This document shows, in pieces, positions 15,101-33,100 of a stretch of DNA of 64,000 bases. Origin of the DNA: Heterodontus francisci (taxonomy: Eukaryota); NCBI RefSeq assembly GCF_036365525.1, contig NC_090378.1, positions 124,729,593 through 124,793,592 of the forward strand, in the 5' to 3' direction. The translations under genes and the position numbers were made by a program. Each line of letters opens with the position of its first letter. The first letter of the stretch is position 1. Under the pieces are notes generated by a model that was not told the origin of the DNA, made no database searches, and saw only the letters and a program-made list of their open reading frames with translations.

Positions 15101-18100
15101 ACAGTTATATATAATATATAATAATGGACACACAGTCCCACATCCTGTACTGACACATCCCACAGTTATATATTATGTATAATAATGGAAACAAAGTCCC
15201 ACCTCCTGTACTGACACATCCCACAGTTATATATAATAAATAATAATGGACACACAGTCCCACCTCCTGCACTGACACATCCCACAGTTATATATAATAT
15301 ATAATAATGGACACACAGTCCCACATCCTCTACTGACACATCCCACAGTTATATATAATATATAATAATGGACACACAGTCCCACCTCCTGCACTGACAC
15401 ATCCCAAAGTTATGTATAATATATAATAATGGACACACAGTCCCACCTCCGGTACTGACACATCCCACAGTTATATATAATATATAATAATGGACACACA
15501 GTCCCACCTCCTGCAATGACACATCCCACAGTTATATATAATATATAATAATGGACATGCAGTCCCACATCCTGTACTGACACATCCCACAGTTATATAT
15601 TATATATAATAATGGAAACAAAGTCCCACCTCCTGTACTGACACATCCCACAGTTATATATAATAAATAATAACGGACACACAGTCCCACCTCCTATACT
15701 GACACATCCCACATTTATATATAATATATAATAATGGACACACAGTCCCACCTCCTGTACTGACACGTCCCACAGTTACATATAATATATAATAATGGAC
15801 ACACAGTCCCACCTCCTGTACTGACACATCCCACAGTTATATATAATAAATAATAATTGACACACAGTCCCACCTCCTGTAATGACACATCCCACAGTTA
15901 TATATAATATATAATAATGGACACACAGTCCCACCTCCTGTACTGACACATCCCACAGTTATATATAATATATAATAATGGACACACAGTCCCAACTCCT
16001 GCACTGACACATCCCAAAGTTATGTATAATATATAATAATGGACACACAGTCCCACCTCCGGTACTGACACGTCCCACAGTTATATATAATATATAATAA
16101 TGGACACACAGTCCCACCTCCTGCACTGCAACAACCCACAGTTATATATAATATATAATAATGGACACACAATCCCACCTCCTGTAATGACACATCCGAC
16201 AGTTATATATAATATATAATAATGGACACACAGTCCCACCTCCTGCAATGACACATCCCACAGTTATACATAATATATAATAATGGACACACAGTCCCAC
16301 ATCCTGTACTGACACATCCCACAGTTATGTATTATATATAATAATGGAAACAAAGTCCCACCTCCTGTATTGACACATCCCACAGTTATATATAATAAAT
16401 AATAATGGACACACAGTCCCACCTCCTATACTGACACATCCCACAGTTATATATAATATATAATAATGGACACACAGTCCCACCTCCTGTAATGACATAT
16501 CCCACAGTTATATATAATATATAATAATGGACACACAGTCCCACCTCCTGTACTGACACATCCCTCAGTTATATATGATATACAATAATGGACACACAAT
16601 CCCACCTCCTGTAATGACACATCCCACAGTTATATATAATATATAATAATGGACACACAGTCCCACCTCCTGCAATGACACATCCCACAGTTATATATAA
16701 TAAATAATAATGGACACACAGTCCCACCTCCTGCACTGACACATCCCACAGTTATATATAATATATAATAATGGACACACAGTCCCACCTCCTCTACTGA
16801 CACATCCCACAGTTATATATAATATATAATAATGGACACACAGTCCCACCTCCTGCACTGACACATCCCAAAGTTATGTATAATATATAATAATGGACAC
16901 ACAGTCCCACCTCCGGTACTGACACATCCCACAGTTATATATAATATATAATAATCGACACACAGTCCCACCTCCTGCACTGCAACATCCCACAGTTATA
17001 TATAATATATAATGATGGACACACAGTCCCACCTCCTGTACTGACACATCCCACAGTTATATATAATAAATAATAATGGACACACAGTCCCACCTCCTGT
17101 AATGACACATCCCACAGTTATATATAATATATAACAACGGACACACAGTCCCACCTCCTGTATTGACACATCCCACAGTTATATATAATAAATAATAATG
17201 GACACACAGTCCCACCTCCTATACTGACACATCCCACAGTTATATATAATATATAATTATGGACACACAGTTCCACCTCCTGCAATGACACATCCCACAT
17301 TTATATATAATATATAATAATGGACACGCAGTCCCACATCCTGGACTGACACATCCCACAGTTATATATTATATATAATAATGGACACACAGTCCCACCT
17401 CCTTTACTGACATGTCCCACAGTTATATATAATATATAATAATGGACACACAGTCCCACCTCCTGTACTGACACGTCCCACAGTTATATATAATATATAA
17501 TAATGGACACACAGTCCCCCCTCCAGTCAGGACACATCCCACAGTTATATATAATATGTTATAATGGACACACGGTCCCACCTCCTGCACTGACATACCC
17601 CACAGTAATATATAATATATAATAATGGACACACAGTCCCACCTCCTGTAATGACATATCCCACTGTTATATATAATATATAATAATGGACACACAGTCC
17701 CACCTCCTGTACTGACACATCCCTCAGTTATATATAATATACAATAATGGACACACAATCCCACCTCCTGTAATGACACATCCCACAGTTATATATAATG
17801 TATAATAATGGACACACAGTCCCACCTCCTGCAATGACACATCCCACAGTTATATATAATATATAATAATGGACACACAGTCCCACCTCCTGTACTGACA
17901 CATCCCACAGTTATATATAATATATAATAATGGACACACAATCCCACCTCCTGTAATGACACATCCCACAGTTATATATAATATATAATAATGGACACAC
18001 AGTCCCACCTCCTGCAATGACACATCCCACAGTTATATATAATATATAATAATGGACACACAGTCCCACATCCTGTACTGACACATCCCACAGTTATATA

Positions 18101-21100
18101 TTATATATAATAATGGAAACAAAGTCCCACCTCCTGTACTGACACATCCCACAGTTATATATAATAAATAATAATGGACACACAGTCCCACCTCCTGCAC
18201 TGACACATCCCACAGTTATATATAATATATAATAATGGACACACAGTCCCACCTCCTGTACTGACACATCCCACAGTTATATATAATATATAATAATGGA
18301 CACACAGTCCCACCTCCTGCACTGACACATCCCAAAGTTATGTATAATATATAATAATGGACACACAGTCCCACCTCTGGTACTGACACGTCCCACAGTT
18401 ATATATAATATATAATAATGGACACACAGTCCCACCTCCTGCACTGCAACATCCCACAGTTATATATAATATATAATAATGGACACACAGTCCCACCTCC
18501 TGTACTGACACATCCCACAGTTATATATAATAAATAATAATGGACACACAGTCCCACCTCCTGTAATGACACATCCCACAGTTATATCTCATATATAATA
18601 ACGGACAGACAGTCCCACCTCCTGTATTGACACATCCCACAGTTATATATAATAAATAATAATGGACACACAGTCCCACCTCCTATACTGACACATCCCA
18701 CAGTTATATGTAATATATAATAATGGACACACAGTTCCACCTCCTGTACTGACACGTCCCACAGTTATATATAATATATAATAATGGACACACAGTCCCA
18801 CCTTCTGTACTGACACATCCCACAGTTATATATAATAAATAATAATTGACACACAGTCCCACCTCCTGTAATGACACATCCCACAGTTATATATAATATA
18901 TAATAATGGACACACAGTCCCACCTCCTGTACTGACACATCCCACAGTTATATATAATATATAATAATGGACACACAGTCCCAACTCCTGCACTGACACA
19001 TCCCAAAGTTATGTATAATATATAATAATGGACACACAGTCCCACCTCCGGTACTGACACGTCCCACAGTTATATATAATATATAATAATGGACACACAG
19101 TCCCACCTCCTGCACTGCAACAACCCACAGTTAGATATAATATATAATAATGGACACACAATCCCACCTCCTGCAATGACACATCCGACAGTTATATATA
19201 ATATATAATAATGGACACACAGTCCCACCTCCTGCAATGACACATCCCACAGTTATACATAATATATAATAATGGACACACAGTCCCACCTCCTGCACTG
19301 ACACATCCCACAGTTATATATTATATATAATAATGGAAACAAAGTCCCACCTCCTGTATTGACACATCCCACAGTTATATATAATAAATAATAATGGACA
19401 CACAGTCCCACCTCCTATACTGACACATCCCACAGTTATATATAATATATAATAATGGACACACAGTCCCACCTCCTGTAATGACATATCCCACAGTTAT
19501 ATATAATATATAATAATGGACACACAGTCCCACCTCCTGTACTGACACATCCCTCAGTTATATATGATATACAATAATGGACACACAATCCCACCTCCTG
19601 TAATGACACATCCCACAGTTATATATAATATATAATAATGGACACACAGTCCCACCTCCTGCAATGACACATCCCACAGTTATATATAATATGTAATAAT
19701 GGACACACAGTCCCACCTCCTGTACTGACACATCCCACAGTTATATATAATATATAATAATGGACACACAATCCCACCTCCTGTAATGACACATCCCACA
19801 GTTATATATAATATATAATAATGGACACACAGTCCCACATCCTGTACTGACACATCCCACAGTTATATATTATATATAATAATGGAAACAAAGTCCCACC
19901 TCCTGTACTGACACATCCCACAGTTATATATAATAAATAATAATGGACACACAGTCCCACCTCCTCTACTGACACATCCCACAGTTATATATAATATATA
20001 ATAATGGACACACAGTCCCACCTCCTCTACTGACACATCCCACAGTTATATATAATATATAATAATGGACACACAGTCCCACCTCCTGCACTGACACATC
20101 CCAAAGTTATGTATAATATATAATAATGGACACACAGTCCCACCTCCGGTACTGACACATCCCACAGTTATATATAATATATAATAATCGACACACAGTC
20201 CCACCTCCTGCACTGCAACATCCCACAGTTATATATAATATATAATGATGGACACACAGTCCCACCTCCTGTACTGACACATCCCACAGTTATATATAAT
20301 AAATAATAATGGACACACAGTCCCACCTCCTGTAATGACACATCCCACAGTTATATATAATATATAACAACGGACACACAGTCCCACCTCCTGTATTGAC
20401 ACATCCCACAGTTATATATAATAAATAATAATGGACACACAGTCCCACCTCCTATACTGACACATCCCACAGTTATATATAATATATAATTATGGACACA
20501 CAGTTCCACCTCCTGCAATGACACATCCCACATTTATATATAATATATAATAATGGACACACAGTCCCACATCCTGGACTGACACATCCCACAGTTATAT
20601 ATTATATATAATAATGGACACACAGTCCCACCTCCTTTACTGACACGTCCCACAGTTATATATAATATATAATAATGGACACACAGTCCCACCTCCTGTA
20701 CTGACACGTCCCACAGTTATATATAATATATAATAATGGACACACAGTCCCCCCTCCAGTCAGGACACATCCCACAGTTATATATAATATGTTATAATGG
20801 ACACACGGTCCCACCTCCTGCACTGACATACCCCACAGTAATATATAATATATAATAATGGACACACAGTCCCACCTCCTGTAATGACATATCCCACAGT
20901 TATATATAATATATAATAATGGACACACAGTCCCACCTCCTGTACTGACACATCCCTCAGTTATATATAATATACAATAATGGACACACAATCCCACCTC
21001 CTGTAATGACACATCCCACAGTTATATATAATGTATAATAATGGACACACAGTCCCACCTCCTGCAATGACACATCCCACAGTTATATATAATATATAAT

Positions 21101-24100
21101 AATGGACACACAGTCCCACCTCCTGCAATGACACATCCCACAGTTATATATAATAAATAATAATGGACACACAGTCCCACATCCTGTACTGACACATCCC
21201 ACAGTTCTATATTATATATAATAATGGAAACAAAGTCCCACCTCCTGTACTGACACATCCCACAGTTATATATAATAAATAATAATGGACACACAGTCCC
21301 ACCTCCTGCACTGACACATCCCAAAGTTATGTATAATATATAATAATGGACACACAGTCCCACCTCCGGTACTGACACATCCCACAATTATATATAATAT
21401 ATAATAATGGACACACAGTCCCACCTCCTGCAATGACACATCCCACAGTTATATATAATATATAATAATGGACACACAGTCCCACATCCTGTACTGACAC
21501 ATCCCACAGTTATATATTATATATAATAATGGAAACAAAGTCCCACCTCCTGTACTGACACATCCCACAGTTATATATAATAAATAATAATGGACACACA
21601 GTCCCACCTCCTGCACTGACACATCCCACAGTTATATATAATATATAATAATGGACACACAGTCCCACCTCCTGTACTGACACATCCCACAGTTATATAT
21701 AATATATAATAATGGACACACAGTCCCACCTCCTGCACTGACACATCCCAAAGTTATGTATAATATATAATAATGGACACACAGTCCCACCTCCGGTACT
21801 GACACGTCCCACAGTTATATATAATATATAATAATGGACACACAGTCCCACCTCCTGCACTGCAACATCCCACAGTTATATATAATATATAATAATGGAC
21901 ACACAGTCCCACCTCCTGTACTGACACATCCCACAGTTATATATAATAAATAATAATGGACACACAGTCCCACCTCCTGTAATGACACATCCCACAGTTA
22001 TATCTCATATATAATAACGGACACACAGTCCCACCTCCTGTATTGACACATCCCACAGTTATATATAATAAATAATAATGGACACACAGTCCCACCTCCT
22101 ATACTGACACATCCCACAGTTATATGTAATATATAATAATGGACACACAGTTCCACCTCCTGTACTGACACGTCCCACAGTTATATATAATATATAATAA
22201 TGGACACACAGTCCCACCTTCTGTACTGACACATCCCACAGTTATACATAATATGTAAAAATGGACACACAGTCCCACCTCCTGTACTGACACATCCCAC
22301 AGTTATATATAATATATAATAATGGACACACAGTCCCACCTCCTGCAATGACACATCCCACATTTATATATAATATATAATAATGGACACACAGTCCCAC
22401 ATCCTGGACTGACACATCCCACAGTTATATATTATATATAATAATGGACACACAGTCCCACCTCCTTTACTGACACGTCCCACAGTTATATATAATATAT
22501 AATAATGGACACACAGTCCCACCTCCTGTTCTGACACATCCCACATTTATATATAATATATAATAATGGACACACAGTCCCACCTCCTGCAATGACACAT
22601 CCCACATTTATATATAATAAATAATAATGGACGCACAGTCCCACACCCTGGACTGACACATCCCACAGTTATATATTATATATAATAATGGACACATAGT
22701 CCCACCTCCTTTACTGACACGTCCCACAGTTATATATAATATATAATAATGGACACACAGTCCCACCTCCTGTACTGACACGTCCCACAGTTATATATAA
22801 TATATAATAATGGACACACAGTCCCACCTCCAGTCAGGACACATCCCACAGTTATATATAATATATTATAATGGACACACAGTCCCACCTCCTGCACTGA
22901 CATGCCCCACAGTAATATATAATATATAATAATGGACACACAGTCCCACCTCCTGTAATGACATATCCCACAGTTATATATAATATATAATAATGGACAC
23001 ACAGTCCCACCTCCTGTACTGACACATCCCTCAGTTATATATAATATACAATAATGGACACACAATCCCACCTCCTGTAATGACACATCCCACAGTTATA
23101 TATAATATATAATAATGGACACACAGTCCCACCTCCTGCAATGACACATCCCACAGTTATATATAATATTTAATAATGGACACACAGTCCCACATCCTGT
23201 ACTGACACATCCCACAGTTATATATAATATATAATAATGGACACACAATCCCACCTCCTGTAATGACACATCCGACAGTTATATATAATATATAATAATG
23301 GACACACAGTCCCACCTCCTGCAATGACACATCCCACAGTTATATATAATATATAATAATGGACACACAGTCCCACATCCTGTACTGACACATCCCACAG
23401 TTATATATTATATATAATAATGGAAACAAAGTCCCACCTCCTGTACTGACACATCCCACAGTTATATATAATAAATAATAGTGGACACACAGTCCCACCT
23501 CCTGCACTGACACATCCCACAGTTATATATAATATATAATAATGGACACACAGTCCCACCTCCTGTACTGACACATCCCACAGTTATATATAATATATAA
23601 TAATGGACACACAGTCCCACCTCCTGCACTGACACATCCCAAAGTTATGTATAATATATAATAATGGACACACAGTCCCACCTCCGGTACTGACACATCC
23701 CACAGTTATATATAATATATAATAATGGACACACAGTCCCACCTCCTGCACTGCAACATCCCACAGTTATATATAATATATAATAATGGACACACAGTCC
23801 CACCTCCTGTACTGACACATCCCATAGTTATATATAATAAATAATAATGGACACACAGTCCCACCTCCTGTAATGACACATCCCACAGTTATATATAATA
23901 TATAATAACGGACACACAGTCCCACCTCCTGTATTGACACATCCCACAGTTATATATAATAAATAATAATGGACACACAGTCCCAAATCCTATACTGACA
24001 CATCCCACAGTTATATATAATATATAATTATGGACACACAGTTCCACCTCCTGCAATGACACATCCCACATTTATATATAATATATAATAATGGACACAC

Positions 24101-27100
24101 AGTCCCACATCCTGGACTGACACATCCCACAGTTATATATTATATATAATAATGGACACACAGTCCCACCTCCTTTACTGACACGTCCCACAGTTATATA
24201 TAATATATAATAATGGACACACAGTCCCACCTCCTGTACTGACACGTCCCACAGTTATATATAATATATAATAATGGACACACAGTCCCCCCTCCAGTCA
24301 GGACACATCCCACAGTTATATATAATATATTATAATGGACACACGGTCCCACCTCCTGCACTGACATACCCCACAGTAATATATAATATATAATAATGGA
24401 CACACAGTCCCACCTCCTGTAATGACATATCCCACAGTTATATATAATATATAATAATGGACACACAGTCCCACCTCCTGTACTGACACATCCCTCAGTT
24501 ATATATAATATACAATAATGGACACACAATCCCACCTCCTGTAATGACACATCCCACAGTTATATATAATGTATAATAATGGACACACAGTCCCACCTCC
24601 TGCAATGACACATCCCACAGTTATATATAATATATAATAATGGACACACAGTCCCACCTCCTGTACTGACACATCCCACAGTTATATATAATATATAATA
24701 ATGGACACACAATCCCACCTCCTGTAATGACACATCCCACAGTTATATATAATATATAATAATGGACACACAGTCCCACCTCCTGCAATGACACATCCCA
24801 CAGTTATATATAATATATAATAATGGACACACAGTCCCACATCCTGTACTGACACATCCCACAGTTATATATTATATATAATAATGGAAACAAAGTCCCA
24901 CCTCCTGTACTGACACATCCCACAGTTAAATATAATAAATAATAATGGACACAGAGTCCCACCTCCTGCACTGACACATCCCACAGTTATATATAATATA
25001 TAATAATGGACACACAGTCCCACCTCCTGTACTGATACATCCCACAGTTATATATAATATATAATAATGGACACACAGTCCCACCTCCTGCACTGACACA
25101 TCCCAAAGTTATGTATAATATATAATAATGGACACACAGTCCCACCTCCGGTACTGACACGTCCCACAGTTATATATAATATATAATAATGGACACACAG
25201 TCCCACCTCCTGCACTGCAACATCCCACAGTTATATATAATATATAATAATGGACACACAGTCCCACCTCCTGTACTGACACATCCCACAGTTATATATA
25301 AAAAATAATAATGGACACACAGTCCCACCTCCTGTAATGACACATCCCACAGTTATATATAATATATAATAACGGACACACAGTCCCACCTCCTGTATTG
25401 ACACATCCCACAGTTATATATAATAAATAATAATGGACACACAGTCCCACCTCCTATACTGACACATCCCACAGTTATATGTAATATATAATAATGGACA
25501 CACAGTTCCACCTCCTGTACTGACACGTCCCACAGTTATATATAATATATAATAATGGACACACAGTCCCACCTTCTGTACTGACACATCCCACAGTTAT
25601 ACATAATATGTAAAAATGGACACACAGTCCCACCTCCTGTACTGACACATCCCACAGTTATATATAATATATAATAATGGACACACAGTCCCACATCCAG
25701 AACTGACACATCCCAAAGTTATGTATAATATATAATAATGGACACACAGTCCCACCTCCGGTACTGACACGTCCCACAGTTATGTATAATATATAATAAT
25801 GGACACACAGTCCCACCTCCTGCACTGCAACATCCCACAGTTATATATAATATATAATAATGGACACACAGTCCCACCTCCTGTACTGACACATCCCACA
25901 GTTATATATAATATATAATAATGGACACACAGTCCCACCTCCTGTATTGACACATCCCACAGTTATATATAATAAATAATAATTGACACAGAGTCCCACC
26001 TCCTGTAATGACACATCCCACAGTTATATATAATATATAATAACGGACACACAATCCCACCTCCTGTAATGACACATCCGACAGTTATATATAATATATA
26101 ATAATGGACACACAGTCCCACCTCCTGCAATGACACATCCCACAGTTATATATAATATATAATAATGGACACGCAGTCCCACATCCTGTACTGACACATC
26201 CCACAGTTATATATTATATATAATAATGGAAACAAAGTCCCACCTCCTGTACTGACACATCCCACAGTTATATATAATAAATAATAACGGACACACAGTC
26301 CCACCTCCTATACTGACACATCCCACAGTTATATGTAATATATAATAATGGACACACAGTCCCACCTCCTGTACTGACACGTCCCACAGTTACATATAAT
26401 ATATAATAATGGACACACAGTCCCACCTCCTGTATTGACACATCCCACAGTTATATATAATAAATAATAATTGACACACAGTCCCACCTCCTGTAATGAC
26501 ACATCCCACAGTTATATATAATATATAATAATGGACACACAGTCCCACCTCCTGTACTGACACATCCCACAGTTATATATAATATATAATAATGGACACA
26601 CAGTCCCACCTCCTGCACTGACACATCCCAAAGTTATGTATAATATATAATAATGGACACACAGTCCCACCTCCGGTACTGACACATCCCACAGTTATAT
26701 ATAATATATAATAATGGACACACAGTCCCACCTCCTGCACTGCAACATCCCACAGTTATATATAATATATAATAATGGACACACAGTCCCACCTCCTGTA
26801 ATGACACATCCGACAGTTATATATAATATATAATAATGGACACACAGTCCCACCTCCTGCAATGACACATCCCACAGTTATATATAATATATAATAATGG
26901 ACACACAGTCCCACATCCTGTACTGACACATCCCACAGTTATATATTATATATAATAATGGAAACAAAGTCCCACCTCCTGTATTGACACATCCCACAGT
27001 TATATATAATAAATAATAATGGACACACAGTCCCACCTCCTATACTGACACATCCCACAGTTATATATAATATATAATAATGGACACACAGTCCCACATC

Positions 27101-30100
27101 CTGTACTGAAACATCCCACAGTTATATATAATATATAATAATGGACACAGAGTCCCACCTCCTGTATTGACACATCCCACAGTTATATATAATAAATAAA
27201 AATTAACACAAAGTCCCACCTCCTGTAATGACACATCCCACAGTTATATATAATATATAATAACGGACACACAGTCCCACCTCCTGTATTGACACATCCC
27301 ACAGTTATATATAATAAATAATAATGGACACACATTCCCACCTCCTATACTGACACATCCCACAGTTATATATAATATATAATAATGGACACACAGTCCC
27401 ACCTCCTGTACTGACACATCCCACAGTTATATATAATATATAATAATGGACACACAGTCCCACCTCCTGTACTGACACATCCCACAGTTATACATAATAT
27501 GTAAAAATGGACACACAGTCCCACCTCCTGTACTGACACATCCCACAGTTATATATAATATATAATAATGGACACACAGTCCCACCTCCTGCAATGACAC
27601 ATCCCACATTTATATATAATATATAATAATGGACACACAGTCCCACATCCTGGACTGACACATCCCACAGTTATATATTATATATAATAATGGACACACA
27701 GTCCCACCTCCTTTACTGACACGTCCCACAGTTATATATAATATATAATAATGGACACACAGTCCCACCTCCTGTACTGACACGTCCCACAGTTATATAT
27801 AATAAATAATAATGGACACACAGTCCCGCCTCCAGTCAGGACACATCCCACAGTTATATATAATATATTATAATGGACACACGGTCCCACCTCCTGCACT
27901 GACATACCCCACAGTAATAAATAATATATAATAATGGACACACAGTCCCACCTCCTGTAATGACATATCACACAGTTATATATAATATATAATAATGGAC
28001 ACACAGTCCCACCTCCTGTACTGACACATCCCTCAGTTATATATGATATACAATAATGGACACACAATCCCACCTCCTGTAATGACACATCCCACAGTTA
28101 TATATAATATATAATAATGGACACACAGTCCCACCTCCTGCAATGACACAACCCACAGTTATATATAATATATAATAATGGACACACAGTCCCACCTCCT
28201 GTACTGACACATCCCACAGTTATATATAATATATAATAATGGACACACAATCCCACCTCCTGTAATGACACATCCCACAGTTATATATAATATATAATAA
28301 TGGGCACACAGTCCCACCTCCTGCAATGACACATCCCACAGTTATATATAATATATAATAATGGACACACAATCCCACCTCCTGTAATGACACATCCCAC
28401 AGTTATATATAATATATAATAATGGACACACAGTCCCACCTCCTGCAATGACACATCCCACAGTTATATATAATATATAATAATGGACACACAGTCCCAC
28501 CTCCTGTACTGACACATCCCACAGTTATATATAATATATAATAATGGACACACAGTCCCACCTCCTGCACTGACACATCCCAAAGTTATGTATAATATAT
28601 AATAATGGACACACAGTCCCACCTCCGGTACTGACACATCCCACAGTTATATATAATATATAATAATGGACACACAGTCCCACCTCCTGCACTGCAACAT
28701 CCCACAGTTATATATAATATATAATAATGGACACACAGTCCCACCTCCTGTAATGACACATCCCACAGTTATATATAATATATAATAACGGACACACAGT
28801 CCCACCTCCTGTAATGACACATCCCACAGTTATATATAATATATAATAACGGACACACAGTCCCACCTCCTGTATTGACACATCCCACAGTTATATATAA
28901 TAAATAATTATGGACACACAGTTCCACCTCCTGTACTGACACGTCCCACAGTTATACATAATATATAATAATGGACACACAGTCCCACCTTCTGTACTGA
29001 CACATCCCACAGTTATATATAATAAATAATAATGGACACACAGTCCCACCTCCTGTAATGACACATCCCACAGTTATATATAATATATAATAACGGACAC
29101 ACAGTCCCACCTCCTGTGTTGACACATCCCACAGTTATATATAATAAATAATAATGGACACACAGTCCCACCTCCTATACTGACACATCCCACAGTTATA
29201 TATAATATATAATTATGGACACACAGTTCCACCTCCTGTACTGACACGTCCCACAGTTATATATAATATATAATAATGGACACACAGTCCCACCTTCTGT
29301 ACTGACACATCCCACAGTTATACATAATGTGTAAAAATGGACACACAGTCCCACCTCCTGTACTGACACATCCCACAGTTATATATAATATATAATAATG
29401 GACACACAGTCCCACCTCCTGCAATGACACATCCCACATTTATATATAATATATAATAATGGACACACATTCCCACATCCTGGACTGACACATCCCACAG
29501 TTATATATTATATATAATAATGGACACACAGTCCCACCTCCTTTACTGACACGTTCCACAGTTATATATAATATATAATAATGGACACACAGTCCCACCT
29601 CCTGTTCTGACACATCCCACATTTATATATAATATATAATAATGGACACACAGTCCCACCTCCTGCAATGACACATCCCACATTTATATATAATATATAA
29701 TAATGGACGCACAGTCCCACACCCTGGACTGACACATCCCACAGTTATATATTATATATAATAATGGACACACAGTCCCACCTCCTTTACTGACACGTCC
29801 CACAGTTATATATAATATATAATAATGGACACACAGTCCCACCTCCAGTCAGGACACATCCCACAGTTATATATAATATATTATAATGGACACACAGTCC
29901 CACCTCCTGCACTGACATACCCCACAGTAATATATAATATATAATAATGGACACACAGTCCCACCTCCTGTAATGACATATCCCACAGTTATATATAATA
30001 TATAATAATGGACACACAGTCCCACCTCCTGTACTGACACATCCCTCAGTTATATATAATATACAATAATGGACACACAATCCCACCTCCTGTAATGACA

Positions 30101-33100
30101 CATCCCACAGTTATATATAATATATAATAATGGACACACAGTCCCACCTCCTGCAATGACACATCCCACAGTTATATATAATATTTAATAATGGACACAC
30201 AGTCCCACCTCCTGTACTGACACATCCCACAGTTATATATAATATATAATAATGGACACACAATCCCACCTCCTGTAATGACACATCCGACAGTTATATA
30301 TAATATATAATAATGGACACACAGTCCCACCTCCTGCAATGACACATCCCACAGTTATATATAATATATAATAATGGACACACAGTCCCACCTCCTGCAC
30401 TGACACATCCCAAAGTTATGTATAATATATAATAATGGACACACAGTCCCACATCCTGTACTGACACATCCCACAGTTATATATTATATATAATAATGGA
30501 AACAAAGTCCCACCTCCTGTACTGACACATCCCACAGTTAAATATAATAAATAATAATGGACACACAGTCCCACCTCCTGCACTGACACATCCCACAGTT
30601 ATATATAATATATAATAATGGACACACAGTCCCACCTCCTGTACTGACACATCCCACAGTTATATATAATATATAATAATGGACACACAGTCCCACCTCC
30701 TGCACTGACACATCCCAAAGTTATGTATAATATATAATAATGGACACACAGTCCCACCTCCGGTACTGACACGTCCCACAGTTATATATAATATATAATA
30801 ATGGACACACAGTCCCACCTCCTACACTGCAACATCCCACTGTTATATATAATATATAATAATGGACACACAGTCCCACCTCCTGTACTGACACATCCCA
30901 CAGTTATATATAATATACAATAATGGACACACAGTCCCACCTCCTGTATTGACACATCCCACAGTTATATATAATAAATAATAATTGACACACAGTCCCA
31001 CCTCCTGTAATGACACATCCCACAGTTATATATAATATATAATAACGGACACACAATCCCACCTCCTGTAATGACACATCCGACAGTTATATATAATATA
31101 TAATAATGGACACACAGTCCCACCTCCTGCAATGACACATCCCACAGTTATATATGATATATAATAATGGACACGCAGTCCCACCTCCTGTACTGACACA
31201 TCCCACAGTTATATATAATATATAATAATGGACACACAGTCCCACCTCCTGTACTGACACATCCCACAGTTATATATAATAAATAATAACGGACACACAG
31301 TCCCACCTCCTATACTGAAACATCCCACAGTTATATATAATATATAATAATGGACACACAGTCCCACCTCCTGTACTGACACGTCCCACAGTTACATATT
31401 ATATATAATAATGGAAACAAAGTCCCACCTCCTGTACTGACACATCCCACAGTTATATATAATATATAATAATGGACACACAGTCCCACCTCCTGCAATG
31501 ACACATCCCACAGTTATATATGATATATAATAATGGACACGCAGTCCCACATCCTGTACTGACACATCCCACAGTTATATATTATATATAATAATGGAAA
31601 CAAAGTCCCACCTCCTGTACTGACACATCCCACAGTTATATATAATATATAATAATGGACACACAGTCCCACCTCCTATACTGACACATCCCACAGTTAT
31701 ATATAATGTATAATAATGGACACACAGTCCCACCTCCTGCAATGACACATCCCACAGTTATATATGATATATAATAATGGACACGCAGTCCCACATCCTG
31801 TACTGACACATCCCACAGTTATATATTATATATAATAATGGAAACAAAGTCCCACCTCCTGTACTGACACATCCCACAGTTATATATAATATATAATAAT
31901 GGACACACAGTCCCACCTCCTGTACTGACACATCCCACAGTTATATATAATAAATAATAACGGACACACAGTCCCACCTCCTATACTGACACATCCCACA
32001 GTTATATATAATATATAATAATGGACACACAGTCCCACCTCCTGTACTGACACGTTCCACAGTTATATATAATAAATAATAACGGACACACAGTCCCACC
32101 TCCTATACTGACACATCCCACAGTTATATATAATATATAATAATGGACACACAGTCCCACCTCCTGTACTGACACGTCCCACAGTTACATATAATAAATA
32201 ATAATTGACACACAGTCCCACCTCCTGTAATGACACATCCCACAGTTATATATAATATATAATAACGGACACACAATCCCACCTCCTGTAATGACACATC
32301 CGACAGTTATATATAATAAATAATAATTGACACACAGTCCCACCTCCTGTAATGACACATCCCACAGTTATATATAATATATAATAATGGACACACAGTC
32401 CCACCTCCTGTACTGACACATCCCACAGTTATATATAATATATAATAATGGACACACAGTCCCACCTCCTGCACTGACACATCCCAAAGTTATGTATAAT
32501 ATATAATAATGGACACACAGTCCCACCTCCGGTACTGACACGTCCCACAGTTATATATAATATATAATAATGGACACACAGTCCCACCTCCTGCACTGCA
32601 ACATCCCACAGTTATATATAATATATAATAATGGACACACAATCCCACCTCCTGTAATGACACATCCGACAGTTATATATAATATATAATAATGGACACA
32701 CAGTCCTACCTCCTGTAATGACACATCCCACAGTTATATAAAATATATAGTAATGGACACACAGTACCACATCCTGTACTGACGCATCCCACAGTTATAT
32801 ATTATATATAATAATGGAAACAAAGTCCCACCTCCTGTATTGACACATCCCACAGTTATATATAATAAATAATAATGGACACACAGTCCCACCTCCTATA
32901 CTGACACATCCCACAGTTATATATAATATATAATAATGGACACACAGTCCCACATCCTGTACTGACACATCCCACAGTTATATATTATATATAATAATGG
33001 AAACAAAGTCCCACCTCCTGTACTGACACATCCCACAGTTATATATAATAAATAATAATGGACACACAGTCCCACCTCCTATACTGACACATCCCACAGT